Source: an uncultured Candidatus Saccharibacteria bacterium
GTDB lineage: Bacteria > Patescibacteriota > Minisyncoccia > Phycocordibacterales > UBA9973
NCBI GenBank assembly: GCA_964505155.1
Contig: CAZDGL010000004.1
Coordinates: forward strand, 4,110 to 68,109
Length of the DNA stretch: 64,000 nt
Direction of reading: 5' to 3'
In this document: positions 1 through 8,860 of the stretch, in pieces
Layout of the letters: each line of letters starts with the position of its first letter
Numbering within the stretch: the first letter of the stretch is position 1
The notes under the pieces: model-generated
What the model was told of the DNA's origin: nothing
The model's database searches: none
What the model saw: the letters and a program-made list of their open reading frames with translations, nothing else
Program-made: the position numbers and the translations under genes

Positions 1-758
1 ACAAAAGTCAGTATGGTAAAAGTCCGCATGGTGTCGTTGGTTTTGGTAGAAAGGAGAGAGTCGTTGGTTCTTTGTAGTTCCACCAAGGCATCACGATTGC
101 TCTCTAGGAGAGAGTTTAGTTTGTTGAATTCTGAAGTGATAATCTCAGCGTAGTATCTATAATCTTCACCAAAGAGCTTGCTACTAGCATTTTCATAGGA
201 TCTCAAAATGTCTTGATGAAAACGAAGTGCTTGTTTGAAGTCTAGAAGCTTTTTGCCAGTGCTGGATATTTTCTTGACCATCATTTCTTCGTGGTTATTA
301 AAGATATAGTACTCTATCTCTTTGACTACTTTTGTTATTTCATCTAGTTTATGGAGTGAGTGTTGGTAAAAGCTTTTCATCATTTCTATAAACAAAAATC
401 CGCCATGACTTATCTTGCTCTCTAGTCCAAAGCTATTGTTTTTTTCAAAGTTTTTAGCAAATTGTTCTATCGGATATATAGACTCATAGTGTGTTGTTAT
501 CAAAAAGTTTTTTCCAATGATAAAGTCTATCTCTTGCTCTGTGCCATTAACTCCGTCACGATGTGATGGTGGAAAGTGAAGTATCATATAGATAAGAGCA
601 TCATAAAGTTCTACTTTTGCGTGTAGGGTACTAGTCATTGCTTCTTCTGTTACCAGGGGCGGTATAGAAAACTCCTCCATAATATGGACCATTTCTTCTT
701 TACTAGGGTTTTGCATGTCCACCCAGGTTATATTGTGGTATGTATAGCGAGAAATCAT
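1..758 (-). CDS. corA: CorA-family Mg2+/Co2+ transporter (3' end runs off the window)
   Basis: Manual translation from ATG 758: MISRYTYHNITWVDMQNPSKEE...LHFP...TNDTMRTFTILTF, matching the CorA N-terminal WVD motif and the pre-TM1 region. Not in the ORF track because it is truncated. Confidence 0.85.
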   Translation of the reverse strand, partial: MISRYTYHNITWVDMQNPSKEEMVHIMEEFSIPPLVTEEAMTSTLHAKVELYDALIYMILHFPPSHRDGVNGTEQEIDFIIGKNFLITTHYESIYPIEQFAKNFEKNNSFGLESKISHGGFLFIEMMKSFYQHSLHKLDEITKVVKEIEYYIFNNHEEMMVKKISSTGKKLLDFKQALRFHQDILRSYENASSKLFGEDYRYYAEIITSEFNKLNSLLESNRDALVELQRTNDSLLSTKTNDTMRTFTILTF

Positions 759-835
759 CTTCTTTATTGTACCATTTATAGGGGAGTTGCAAAATATCTA
801 GTCTTAGGTATAATAGTCCGACAACAAAAACTAAT

Positions 836-1192
836 ATGGCAACAGCAAAAAAAACAACCAAAAAAGCCCCTTCTAGCGAATTCGCAGTTATCAAAACTGG
901 GGGTAAGCAATACCGCGTAGCAGTGGGAGAGTCTATCAAGATTGAGAAGCTAAAAGGCGAGTTCAAAAAGGGCGACAAAGTAACCTTTTCTGAAGTTCTC
1001 CTTACTGACGATGGCAAAAACACAGTTATCGGTACTCCTTTTATCGATGGATCAAAAGTAGAAGCTGAGATAGAAATGATAGGCCGAGCTCAAAAGGTGA
1101 TAGTCCTCAAATACAAACAAAAGTCTCGCTACATGAAGAAAAATGGTCACCGACAGCCATACTTCAAAGTTAAAATAACTTCTATAAAATAA
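836..1192 (+). CDS. rplU: 50S ribosomal protein bL21
   Basis: FAVIKTGGKQYRV ... KNGHRQPY motifs. Confidence 0.97.
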   Translation: MATAKKTTKKAPSSEFAVIKTGGKQYRVAVGESIKIEKLKGEFKKGDKVTFSEVLLTDDGKNTVIGTPFIDGSKVEAEIEMIGRAQKVIVLKYKQKSRYMKKNGHRQPYFKVKITSIK

Positions 1193-1196
1193 AACA

Positions 1197-1234
1197 AAAA
1201 ATCCCTCAAATTATTTTCAAATGAGGGATTTTTT
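1197..1234. terminator. Bidirectional intrinsic terminator between convergent rplU and pilin genes
   Basis: AAAAATCCCTCA...TGAGGGATTTTT inverted repeat with A and T tracts. Confidence 0.7.
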
Positions 1235-1745
1235 ATGGATTTGAGTAACAACCAACTCCAGTCCAGTAGGGTGTTTGACTAGGAGTCTTGTCAGACATTC
1301 CGCTTGATCCAATACAAAGAAACTGTCCATTGGGCAGACTAGCTACTATAGAATATTTACTATCTAAATCAAATGCATTACCAGAATAAAATCTCCATCC
1401 ATCTCCCCAAATACTCGGTGCACTGTTGGCCACTATGACTTTACATATTTCTCTTGCTTTTTGCGCATAGTTTCCTGAAAAAGAAGAGTCGCAAGGAGTA
1501 TTTGGTATCCAAGCATAAAAAGGGCTTGGTCCTGAGTACTGGAGATTTCTGTAGCTTCCAGTATCAGAGAATTCAAACTCAAGTAGTTTTTGAAACTCTT
1601 TCATTGAAGATGTTATGGCTGATATTTGAGCTTTTTTTCTAGCTTCGCTTATCCCGGCGATAACAACGCCTACTATAGCTCCTATTAGGGTTACAACAAC
1701 CATAAGTTCTATTAGGGTAAAGCCAGATTTTTTATTTTTTGTCAT
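1233..1745 (-). CDS. Type IV pilin-like protein (prepilin N-terminal methylation motif)
   Basis: KKSG|FTLIELMVVV class III signal, hydrophobic helix, C-terminal Cys pairs. Confidence 0.9.
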   Translation of the reverse strand: MTKNKKSGFTLIELMVVVTLIGAIVGVVIAGISEARKKAQISAITSSMKEFQKLLEFEFSDTGSYRNLQYSGPSPFYAWIPNTPCDSSFSGNYAQKAREICKVIVANSAPSIWGDGWRFYSGNAFDLDSKYSIVASLPNGQFLCIGSSGMSDKTPSQTPYWTGVGCYSNP

Positions 1746-1758
1746 TGCTTTTATTGTA

Positions 1759-2349
1759 TCATTCCCGTTTCTTTAGTGAAGCCTCAAGAGAAGCTGGGTC
1801 TGCGTATTCGAGTTCGGTGCCAGTTGAGAGTCCGCGCCCTAGGCTATTTACTTCCACAGTGTATGGGGCTAGGAGTTCACGAATTACAGAGTCCGTGTGA
1901 TCTCCGTTTGGAGTGATAGGGAAGCCGAGAATTATTTCGCTTATATTCTTTTCATTTTTCACCCTTTCTATCAAGAGCTTGGCATTTGTCCCATCGATTA
2001 TATCTTTCTTTGTTATCGGGATAAGAGAGCCTAGAACAAAAAACACTCCAGAGTAATCTGTCTTCATAAAGGCTTCTATGTCAGAGCCTTTTTCTACGAC
2101 TATGATTTTATCTTGGTCACGTTTTTCATTAGAGCAAATATCACAAATCCCTGCACTTCCTTCGTATATCCTCAAACATTTTGTACAAGTTTGCGCTGAA
2201 GCTTTAGCGGTGAGCAAACTTGCTGAAAGACTTTTGACGTAACTATCTTGTTGGCTCATTATAAAATAAGCAAATCTTTTTGCTTGCCGAGCTCCGATGC
2301 CAGGGAATTTGAGAAAAAGTCTTGTAAGTTGTTCTATATGATCTTGCAC
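1759..2349 (-). CDS. recR: Recombination protein RecR
   Basis: HhH PGIGARQAKR, C4 zinc finger CTKC...CDIC, Toprim-like region, GTELEYAD. Confidence 0.93.
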   Translation of the reverse strand: MQDHIEQLTRLFLKFPGIGARQAKRFAYFIMSQQDSYVKSLSASLLTAKASAQTCTKCLRIYEGSAGICDICSNEKRDQDKIIVVEKGSDIEAFMKTDYSGVFFVLGSLIPITKKDIIDGTNAKLLIERVKNEKNISEIILGFPITPNGDHTDSVIRELLAPYTVEVNSLGRGLSTGTELEYADPASLEASLKKRE

Positions 2350-2366
2350 AATTTTAATATTTTACA

Positions 2367-3749
2367 CTAAAAATCATCAAGTGATTTAGCTTTTGGTGCC
2401 GGCATGTGACTTTTGTCTATAGATAGAAGTGTTGTAGTTTTGGCATCAAAGAGTAGATCAACTTTGCCCACAGCACCGTTACGGTGTTTTTCTATAAGGA
2501 CTTCGATGATATTGTCTTTTTCCGCAGCGTCTTTGTACCTATCTTCTCGGTGAAGAAACATCACAACATCAGCATCTTGCTCGATAGATCCTGAATCACG
2601 CAAGTCTGAGAGACGAGGTTTGCCACCACGAGCTTCCACGGCACGAGAGAGCTGAGAGAGGGCAAGCACAGGGACGTCGAGTTCACGAGCGAGTTGTTTG
2701 AGTGCGCGAGAGATCTCAGTGATTTGATTGACCATGTTGTCATAGTTTTTACTTGCATGAATGAGTTGCAAATAGTCGATGACAATGAGCGCAAGACCGT
2801 GCTCACTCTTTAGTCTTCTTGCGACTGCTCGCATTTTTACAATACTATTGCCTGCTTGATCATCGATATATATAGGAGCTTTTTGTAGTCTACTCGCTGC
2901 ATCTTGAAGGGTAGCAAAGTGAGTAGAGGAGAGTCCGTGACCAGTTCTTATAGACCAAGCATCGACACGACTCTCGGCAGAGAGCATTCTTTGGACGAGT
3001 TGGTTGGCAGACATTTCTAGAGAAAATATCCCGACAGCACGCCCAGAGAGAGCCACATTTCTGGCAATGTCGAGTGCAAATGTTGTCTTACCGATACTTG
3101 GTCTCGCCGCCAATATCACCAAGTCAGATTTTTGTAGTCCCGCCAAGATATTGTCGAGATCTGGGAAACCAGTCGGTACTCCGCGTACTTCATCTTTGTT
3201 TTCTCTGAGGTATTCTATTTGTTCGACTGTTTCCATAAGGCCTTGCTTGATAGAGACAAAGCCATTTTTAACATTCATATTTGATGATACTCGGAAAATG
3301 CTTTTTTCGGCGCTATCCAAAATATCAGAGACATCTTGATCGGCTTCAGCATAGGCTTGGCTAGCTATTTGCTCTGATGCATCTATCAAGCTTCTGAGGA
3401 TGTATTTTTTGTAAACAATATCAGCATAGTGTCTGATATTTACAGTCGAAGGTACGCTTGCCATGATTTCATTTAGATAACTATTGCCACCGACTTCATT
3501 TATTTGCTTTTTTTCTTTGAGCTTGGAAGCGACAGAGAGTACATCTATTGGCTCACTCTTGGCAGAGAGCTCAAGCATAGTTTGAAAAATAGTTGCATGT
3601 TTGCGAGCATAAAACATTTCCGGCAAAATCAAATCAGTAATCTCATGTATTGCAGAAGGGCGAAGCATGAGGGCACCAAGTACTGCTTGCTCACTTTCGA
3701 GGGAGTGGGGTGGTATACGTAGATCCGATAGATTTGCTTTTGCTGACAT
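2367..3749 (-). CDS. dnaB: Replicative DNA helicase DnaB
   Basis: PPHSLESEQAVLG, AARPSIGKT, IDYLQL, SQLSR, LRDSGSIEQDAD. Confidence 0.98.
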   Translation of the reverse strand: MSAKANLSDLRIPPHSLESEQAVLGALMLRPSAIHEITDLILPEMFYARKHATIFQTMLELSAKSEPIDVLSVASKLKEKKQINEVGGNSYLNEIMASVPSTVNIRHYADIVYKKYILRSLIDASEQIASQAYAEADQDVSDILDSAEKSIFRVSSNMNVKNGFVSIKQGLMETVEQIEYLRENKDEVRGVPTGFPDLDNILAGLQKSDLVILAARPSIGKTTFALDIARNVALSGRAVGIFSLEMSANQLVQRMLSAESRVDAWSIRTGHGLSSTHFATLQDAASRLQKAPIYIDDQAGNSIVKMRAVARRLKSEHGLALIVIDYLQLIHASKNYDNMVNQITEISRALKQLARELDVPVLALSQLSRAVEARGGKPRLSDLRDSGSIEQDADVVMFLHREDRYKDAAEKDNIIEVLIEKHRNGAVGKVDLLFDAKTTTLLSIDKSHMPAPKAKSLDDF

Positions 3750-3804
3750 GTGTTAATCTTAGCATCTTTGCCAAGTTTCAAAAATCCACGATTTTTGGTA
3801 CTAT

Positions 3805-4791
3805 ATGCACATGATATCCACTAATTCTGGCTCAAAAAAACGTTTACTCTCAGGTGTAAAACCAACAGGTCGACCTCACATTGGCAACTATTTTGGGGCT
3901 ATGAAGCAGTTTGTGGATTTGCAAGAAGAGTACGACACTTTTGTGATGGTTGCTGATTTGCATGCTCTGAACTTTATTCAAAATAAAGAAGAAATGAAAT
4001 CTTTGACTTATGAGCTGATACTAGACTACTTGGCCATCGGTCTTGATCCAAAAAAGATTACACTTTTTAAACAATCCGCTGTTACTGCTCACACTAGCCT
4101 TACTTGGATTTTTGATACTTTGGTGACAGTACCTTTTATGATGAGAGCACATGCTTATAAAGATGCTATCGCAAAGGGGGTAGAGCCAAGTATGGGACTT
4201 TTCAACTATCCAGTTCTTATGGCAAGCGACATACTTCTTTATGATCCAGAAATTGTTCCTGTCGGCAAGGACCAAAAGCAACACATAGAATATGCGCGAG
4301 ATATTGCTCTTAAATTCAACAATCAATATCAAGAGATATTTAAACTACCAGAAGAATTGATAGTAGAAGATGTCGAAACAGTTCCAGGTACTGACGGACA
4401 AAAGATGAGTAAGAGTTATGGCAACACTATCCCACTTTTTGGAACAGATAATGAAATAGAAAAAGCAGTTATGAGTATCGCAACTGACTCTCGAGGCAAA
4501 GATGAAGAGAAAAATCCAGATGACATGGTGCTCTACCAAATCCACAAACTCTTCAACCATTCGGCAGAATTAAAAGCACAGTATACAAAAGGCTTAGGAT
4601 ATGGAGACGCCAAGAAAATGCTGATCGCTGATATTATCTCTTTTATCACTCCAATGCGAGAGAGAAGAAAGCGCTATGAAGACGATCCAAAGCTCGTCGA
4701 AGAAATACTCCTTCAAGGTGCGATCAAAGCCAACGAAGTAGCAATGAAGAAATTACAAGAAGTTTATGAAGCAGTAGGGTTAACAAACTAA
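3805..4791 (+). CDS. trpS: Tryptophan--tRNA ligase (start may be ATG 3811)
   Basis: SGVKPTGRPHIGNY, VPVGKDQKQH, KMSKS. Confidence 0.97.
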   Translation: MHMISTNSGSKKRLLSGVKPTGRPHIGNYFGAMKQFVDLQEEYDTFVMVADLHALNFIQNKEEMKSLTYELILDYLAIGLDPKKITLFKQSAVTAHTSLTWIFDTLVTVPFMMRAHAYKDAIAKGVEPSMGLFNYPVLMASDILLYDPEIVPVGKDQKQHIEYARDIALKFNNQYQEIFKLPEELIVEDVETVPGTDGQKMSKSYGNTIPLFGTDNEIEKAVMSIATDSRGKDEEKNPDDMVLYQIHKLFNHSAELKAQYTKGLGYGDAKKMLIADIISFITPMRERRKRYEDDPKLVEEILLQGAIKANEVAMKKLQEVYEAVGLTN

Positions 4792-4795
4792 AACT

Positions 4796-6616
4796 ATGGA
4801 AGAAAAAGAAACAAGAGATTCATTGAAGAGCATTTTCCAAACCTCAAAGAGAGCGTTTCTTTTTGGTTTTAAAAAAGAACCAGGTTTGATGACTATCAAC
4901 CTAGTGTTAAATATACTTTTAGCTGCACTCGTTTATGTACAGTTGTCGTCTTTCTCTAAGGTTGTTGATGAAATTATTTTTATAAAAGCTAATGGAGGAG
5001 TTTTAACAAAAGCCCTCCTTTATAATTCAATTATTCTTGGATTATCATTTTTAATTCCATCAGTATTACAAAATCTGCATAATAGATTTGCAGAAAATTT
5101 ACGTATGAAGTATGGGACACATGCTCAGTTACTCAGAGTAGATTCAATTTCAAAATTAGATGTAGGTACTATAGAAAGTACAGAATTTCAAACAAAAATA
5201 GAGAGAGCAGAACAGTGGGGTGTTGGCTGTCTCAACAACCTTACAATGCTTACTTTTAGTGTTATAAGAAATATAGCTTCAGTTATTACCTCCGCTGTTA
5301 TTCTGTATGTTATCAACCCTTGGCTTGTTTTACTGGCAGCTATTAGTGGTTTGCCTTTTTACTTCATACAAAAAAAATACGGTTTTCAGATTTATCGTTT
5401 GTATCATGATAGAACAGACGAGTCTAGAATTATGAGAGATAGAAACTCTTTTTTTAATGATAAGAAAAAAATAGTAGAAGTTATATTATTTAGCCTTGGT
5501 TTAAGATTTAGAAATGATATAGAACAAGCGAATGTATCGTTCGACAATAAAATACTCAATGTATTTCGTAAAAGATCAAATGTAACTTTTTTCTATGACT
5601 TTATAAGTGTTGCGTGTTTGTTGTTTGCTATCGCTCTTGTTACATTACAAACAATAAAAGGAGATATTTTGGTTGGTTCGCTTTTGCTTGCCTTCACTAC
5701 CTATAGGAGTTTTACTGCTGTTGTACAGGATTTTTATGCAAACATAACTCGTATGGAAGATCAATCTCGTTACTCTAAGAGATGGTTTGATGTCTTCGAT
5801 ACAAATCCTAAAATTTTAAATAGCAAAAATGCTATAAAACCAAATTGGCAGACTCCTCCAGTTATAGAATTTAAAAATGTTTCTTTTGCATACCCTGAAA
5901 CAGAAAAACAGGTTTTAAAAAATATTTCTTTCACTTTAAATACCGGAGAAAAACTCGCTGTTGTAGGAGAAAATGGCGCTGGAAAAACAACACTTATAAA
6001 ACTTTTATGCAGAGTATATGACCCAACAGAAGGAGAAATATTGATAGATGGTGTAAATCTTAAAGAAATAGATCTTGACCATTGGAGAAATTATTTAGGT
6101 GTTTTGTTTCAAGATTTTTCTAGTTTCCAAATGACAGTAAAAGAAGCTATTGCGATCTCTCGTCCAAATGAAAGGTTAGATGAAGAAAAAGTTAGATATG
6201 CGGCTGAAATGTCTGGAGCGGTAGACTTTATAGAAAATTTTCCTAAAAAATACGATCAACTTATTTGGAAAGGATTTCAAGATGGAGTAGAGCTTTCAAA
6301 AGGTCAGCACCAAAGAATGGCGGTGGCGCGTATCTTTTATCGTGATGCATTTATCTCTATACTCGACGAACCAACTTCTGCTATAGATGCAGTAGCAGAA
6401 GAGAAAATATTTGAAGTCCTTGAAAAGAAAATGGAAGGCAAAACAGTGATACTTATCTCGCACCGATTTAGTACAGTGAAAAATGCTGATCAAATAGCAG
6501 TCATAGAGCATGGAGAACTCAAAGAACTCGGTAGTCACAAGGATTTGATGGCAAAGAAGGGAAGATATGCAGAGCTCTATACTATGCAGGCGAGTAGGTA
6601 TTTGGAGAGTGAATAG
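4796..6616 (+). CDS. ABC exporter, fused permease/ATP-binding protein
   Basis: About 6 TM helices, Walker A GENGAGKTT, signature LSKGQ, Walker B ILDEPT, SHR. Confidence 0.93.
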   Translation: MEEKETRDSLKSIFQTSKRAFLFGFKKEPGLMTINLVLNILLAALVYVQLSSFSKVVDEIIFIKANGGVLTKALLYNSIILGLSFLIPSVLQNLHNRFAENLRMKYGTHAQLLRVDSISKLDVGTIESTEFQTKIERAEQWGVGCLNNLTMLTFSVIRNIASVITSAVILYVINPWLVLLAAISGLPFYFIQKKYGFQIYRLYHDRTDESRIMRDRNSFFNDKKKIVEVILFSLGLRFRNDIEQANVSFDNKILNVFRKRSNVTFFYDFISVACLLFAIALVTLQTIKGDILVGSLLLAFTTYRSFTAVVQDFYANITRMEDQSRYSKRWFDVFDTNPKILNSKNAIKPNWQTPPVIEFKNVSFAYPETEKQVLKNISFTLNTGEKLAVVGENGAGKTTLIKLLCRVYDPTEGEILIDGVNLKEIDLDHWRNYLGVLFQDFSSFQMTVKEAIAISRPNERLDEEKVRYAAEMSGAVDFIENFPKKYDQLIWKGFQDGVELSKGQHQRMAVARIFYRDAFISILDEPTSAIDAVAEEKIFEVLEKKMEGKTVILISHRFSTVKNADQIAVIEHGELKELGSHKDLMAKKGRYAELYTMQASRYLESE

Positions 6617-6686
6617 TACTTGCTTTTATACAAATTTATTGTACATTGTATTTGAAAATAAACTGTAAACAACAAAAAACTAAATA

Positions 6687-7295
6687 ATGAAAAAACAAGC
6701 TATTTCGCCTGCCTTTTTAAGGCAGAAACGCTCAGAGATTGAAACTCTTGATTTTACACAATTGAAATCAAAGCTCATGGATAAAGAAGAGGGTAAAGGC
6801 TGGACTGCCAAGATGTGCGATGCTGTAGAAGTGTTGTACAAGCAATTTTTACTCATCATTCTCAAATATCCTGACAGAGACATTGTGCCTACGAAACAGG
6901 TTGATGACTTCTGGCATGCTCATATTCTGGATACCAGGAGATACCACAGTGACTGCAAAAAGATTTTTGGTCACTATATTCATCACTATCCATATTTTGG
7001 ATTAAGAGGCGAAGAAGATGCACAAAACTTGAAGGATACTTTTTCTAAAACGAAAAAAATCTGGAAAGAGGAATTTGGTATAATGCCTACCATCAAAGGA
7101 GCTGTTTGTGGTGCTGGTGGAGGGAAATGTAAATCCTCTGTTTGTGGTTCTACTTGCGCAGGGCGGTGTCGTTCTAAAAGGATTAAATCATCATTTTGTT
7201 CTGCTGGCGGTGGAAACTGTGTTAGTTCTTGTGCGCAACAAGGTAATTGCGTTAGTTCCTGTAAAAGAGAAAAGCCTATTAAAAAAGCTGCTTAG
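6687..7295 (+). CDS. Glycine-rich-domain (GRDP/DUF1399-like) protein with Cys/Gly/Ser-rich C-terminal tail
   Basis: VPTKQVDDFWHAHILDTRRYHSDC...FGHYIHHYP motif; 10 Cys in the last ~60 aa. Confidence 0.75.
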   Translation: MKKQAISPAFLRQKRSEIETLDFTQLKSKLMDKEEGKGWTAKMCDAVEVLYKQFLLIILKYPDRDIVPTKQVDDFWHAHILDTRRYHSDCKKIFGHYIHHYPYFGLRGEEDAQNLKDTFSKTKKIWKEEFGIMPTIKGAVCGAGGGKCKSSVCGSTCAGRCRSKRIKSSFCSAGGGNCVSSCAQQGNCVSSCKREKPIKKAA

Positions 7296-7302
7296 TGACT
7301 AT

Positions 7303-7330
7303 AAGGCCCTGTAGTTAATACAGGGCTTTT
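7303..7330 (+). terminator. Intrinsic terminator
   Basis: GCCCTGTA-gttaa-TACAGGGC followed by TTTT. Confidence 0.8.
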
Positions 7331-7407
7331 CTTATACTTGCTTTTATTTACAAAATATGTTATAATATAAAAAATAACAAAATTGTAAAACTTTAAAAAC
7401 AAAATAA

Positions 7408-8685
7408 ATGAAAAGAGTCTATTCGCTTGCTGATTTTGGTGTCAAAAAACATCAGATGGTACTTAAAAATGGTCTGAAAGTTATCTTTATTGAAAAGCCT
7501 TTTGCGCCTATATATGCCAAGATAGTTATGGCTGCTGGTTCTCTCTGGAATCCTTCCGATAACGGATTAGCTCATATGACAGAGCACTTACTCATGAACG
7601 GTTCTAAAAATATTTCAAAAGAAAACTTTTATGGAATTATGGAGTCCATTGGTGGACTTCGTAATGCTTTTACTGCAAAAGACTGGATGTCGGTGAATAC
7701 AGAAGTTGCTATTGTGGAGCATTTGCCAAAAGTACGAGAGTTTTTTACTCATGCACTTGAAAGTATTTATGTCACCGAAGAAATGCTTCAAAAAGAAAAA
7801 GAAGTGATTTTTTCTGAGCTTCAAAAAGCTCGTTCAAATCCACACTATGATTCTGGGGAGCAAATGAGAAAAATATTGGCACAAGACACCCCTTATAGTT
7901 ATTCAAATCTAGGAAAAATTGAAGGCATTAATGCTATTAGTGTTTCTGAAGTTGAAAAGTTTTTTGAAACTTATTGTGTTGTAGAAAACATGGTGCTAGT
8001 AATTGCTGGAGGTTGTACACTTTCCGATATTGAAAATACATTCTCTGATATTTCCTTTTTAAGAGGGGAAAAAGCAGTGTTACCTCAAAGTCCATTACCG
8101 GTCACCACTCCACAAAGATTTTTTTGTGAATTAGATTTACCACAAACAGATATTCTCGCTGGTTTTAATGGTCCACTTCCCGGAAGTCGAGATTCGTATG
8201 TATTAGGATTTGCTATGAATATTCTTCATAACGGTATGAATTCTCATTTCTATAGAAAAATACGAAATGAAAAAGCGCTCGCCTATAGTATTAGTAATAT
8301 CGCATTTCAGTATAATGAAATGAAATATATCGGTACTGAGATTGGTGTACCGCAACAAAAAGTAGACGAGGCAACAGATGTACTTATTGATACGTACAGA
8401 GAGTTGCTTGTTATGGGTATATCGCAAGAAGAACTTTCTAATAAAGCAGCAGCCTGGGGGTTCTCAGCAAAAAGAGTAGTTGAAAGATCTATCGATTGGG
8501 TAGAAAAATTTGATGACTGTTTGTTTGAAGAAATAGATCCTGTTGTTGGGGACTTTCCTGATATTCACAATTTTCGTCAAACAGTTACTGAAGAAGAGGT
8601 GAGAACGGTTTTTGATAAGTATATCCAGCTCGGCAATTTTCATTTATGTGTTTTTGGAAAACATGCACCTAAACAGTACTTTTGA
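7408..8685 (+). CDS. M16 (pitrilysin/insulinase) family zinc peptidase
   Basis: Inverted Zn motif HMTEH in GLAHMTEHLL, NAFT, C-terminal IRNEKALAY. Confidence 0.9.
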   Translation: MKRVYSLADFGVKKHQMVLKNGLKVIFIEKPFAPIYAKIVMAAGSLWNPSDNGLAHMTEHLLMNGSKNISKENFYGIMESIGGLRNAFTAKDWMSVNTEVAIVEHLPKVREFFTHALESIYVTEEMLQKEKEVIFSELQKARSNPHYDSGEQMRKILAQDTPYSYSNLGKIEGINAISVSEVEKFFETYCVVENMVLVIAGGCTLSDIENTFSDISFLRGEKAVLPQSPLPVTTPQRFFCELDLPQTDILAGFNGPLPGSRDSYVLGFAMNILHNGMNSHFYRKIRNEKALAYSISNIAFQYNEMKYIGTEIGVPQQKVDEATDVLIDTYRELLVMGISQEELSNKAAAWGFSAKRVVERSIDWVEKFDDCLFEEIDPVVGDFPDIHNFRQTVTEEEVRTVFDKYIQLGNFHLCVFGKHAPKQYF

Positions 8686-8690
8686 TTTAG

Positions 8691-8720
8691 AAGCCCCCGC
8701 GCAGTGCGGGGCTTTTTTTT
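8691..8720 (+). terminator. Intrinsic terminator
   Basis: AAGCCCCCGC-gcagt-GCGGGGCTT plus T8. Confidence 0.85.
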
Positions 8721-8737
8721 GTGGGAGGTTTTGGGTG

Positions 8738-8860
8738 TCCCGTTAGAGATGTATTTCTTGAGAAAAGTTGTTAATTGCGCTACAATCACAATGTAAATAT
8801 TGATTAATTTATTAAATAATTTGGATACGGACATCTTAGGATGTCCTATCTCTAACGGGA
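8738..8860. repeat. 13-bp inverted repeat enclosing the aspS promoter
   Basis: TCCCGTTAGAGAT (8738-8750) and ATCTCTAACGGGA (8848-8860). Confidence 0.7.

Noticed and set aside
684-1023. Track ORFs 684-920 (+) and 703-1023 (-), and the many other short antisense or frameshifted ORFs inside long genes
   Set aside because: They are shadow ORFs overlapping well-supported genes (corA, rplU and others) and show no motifs.
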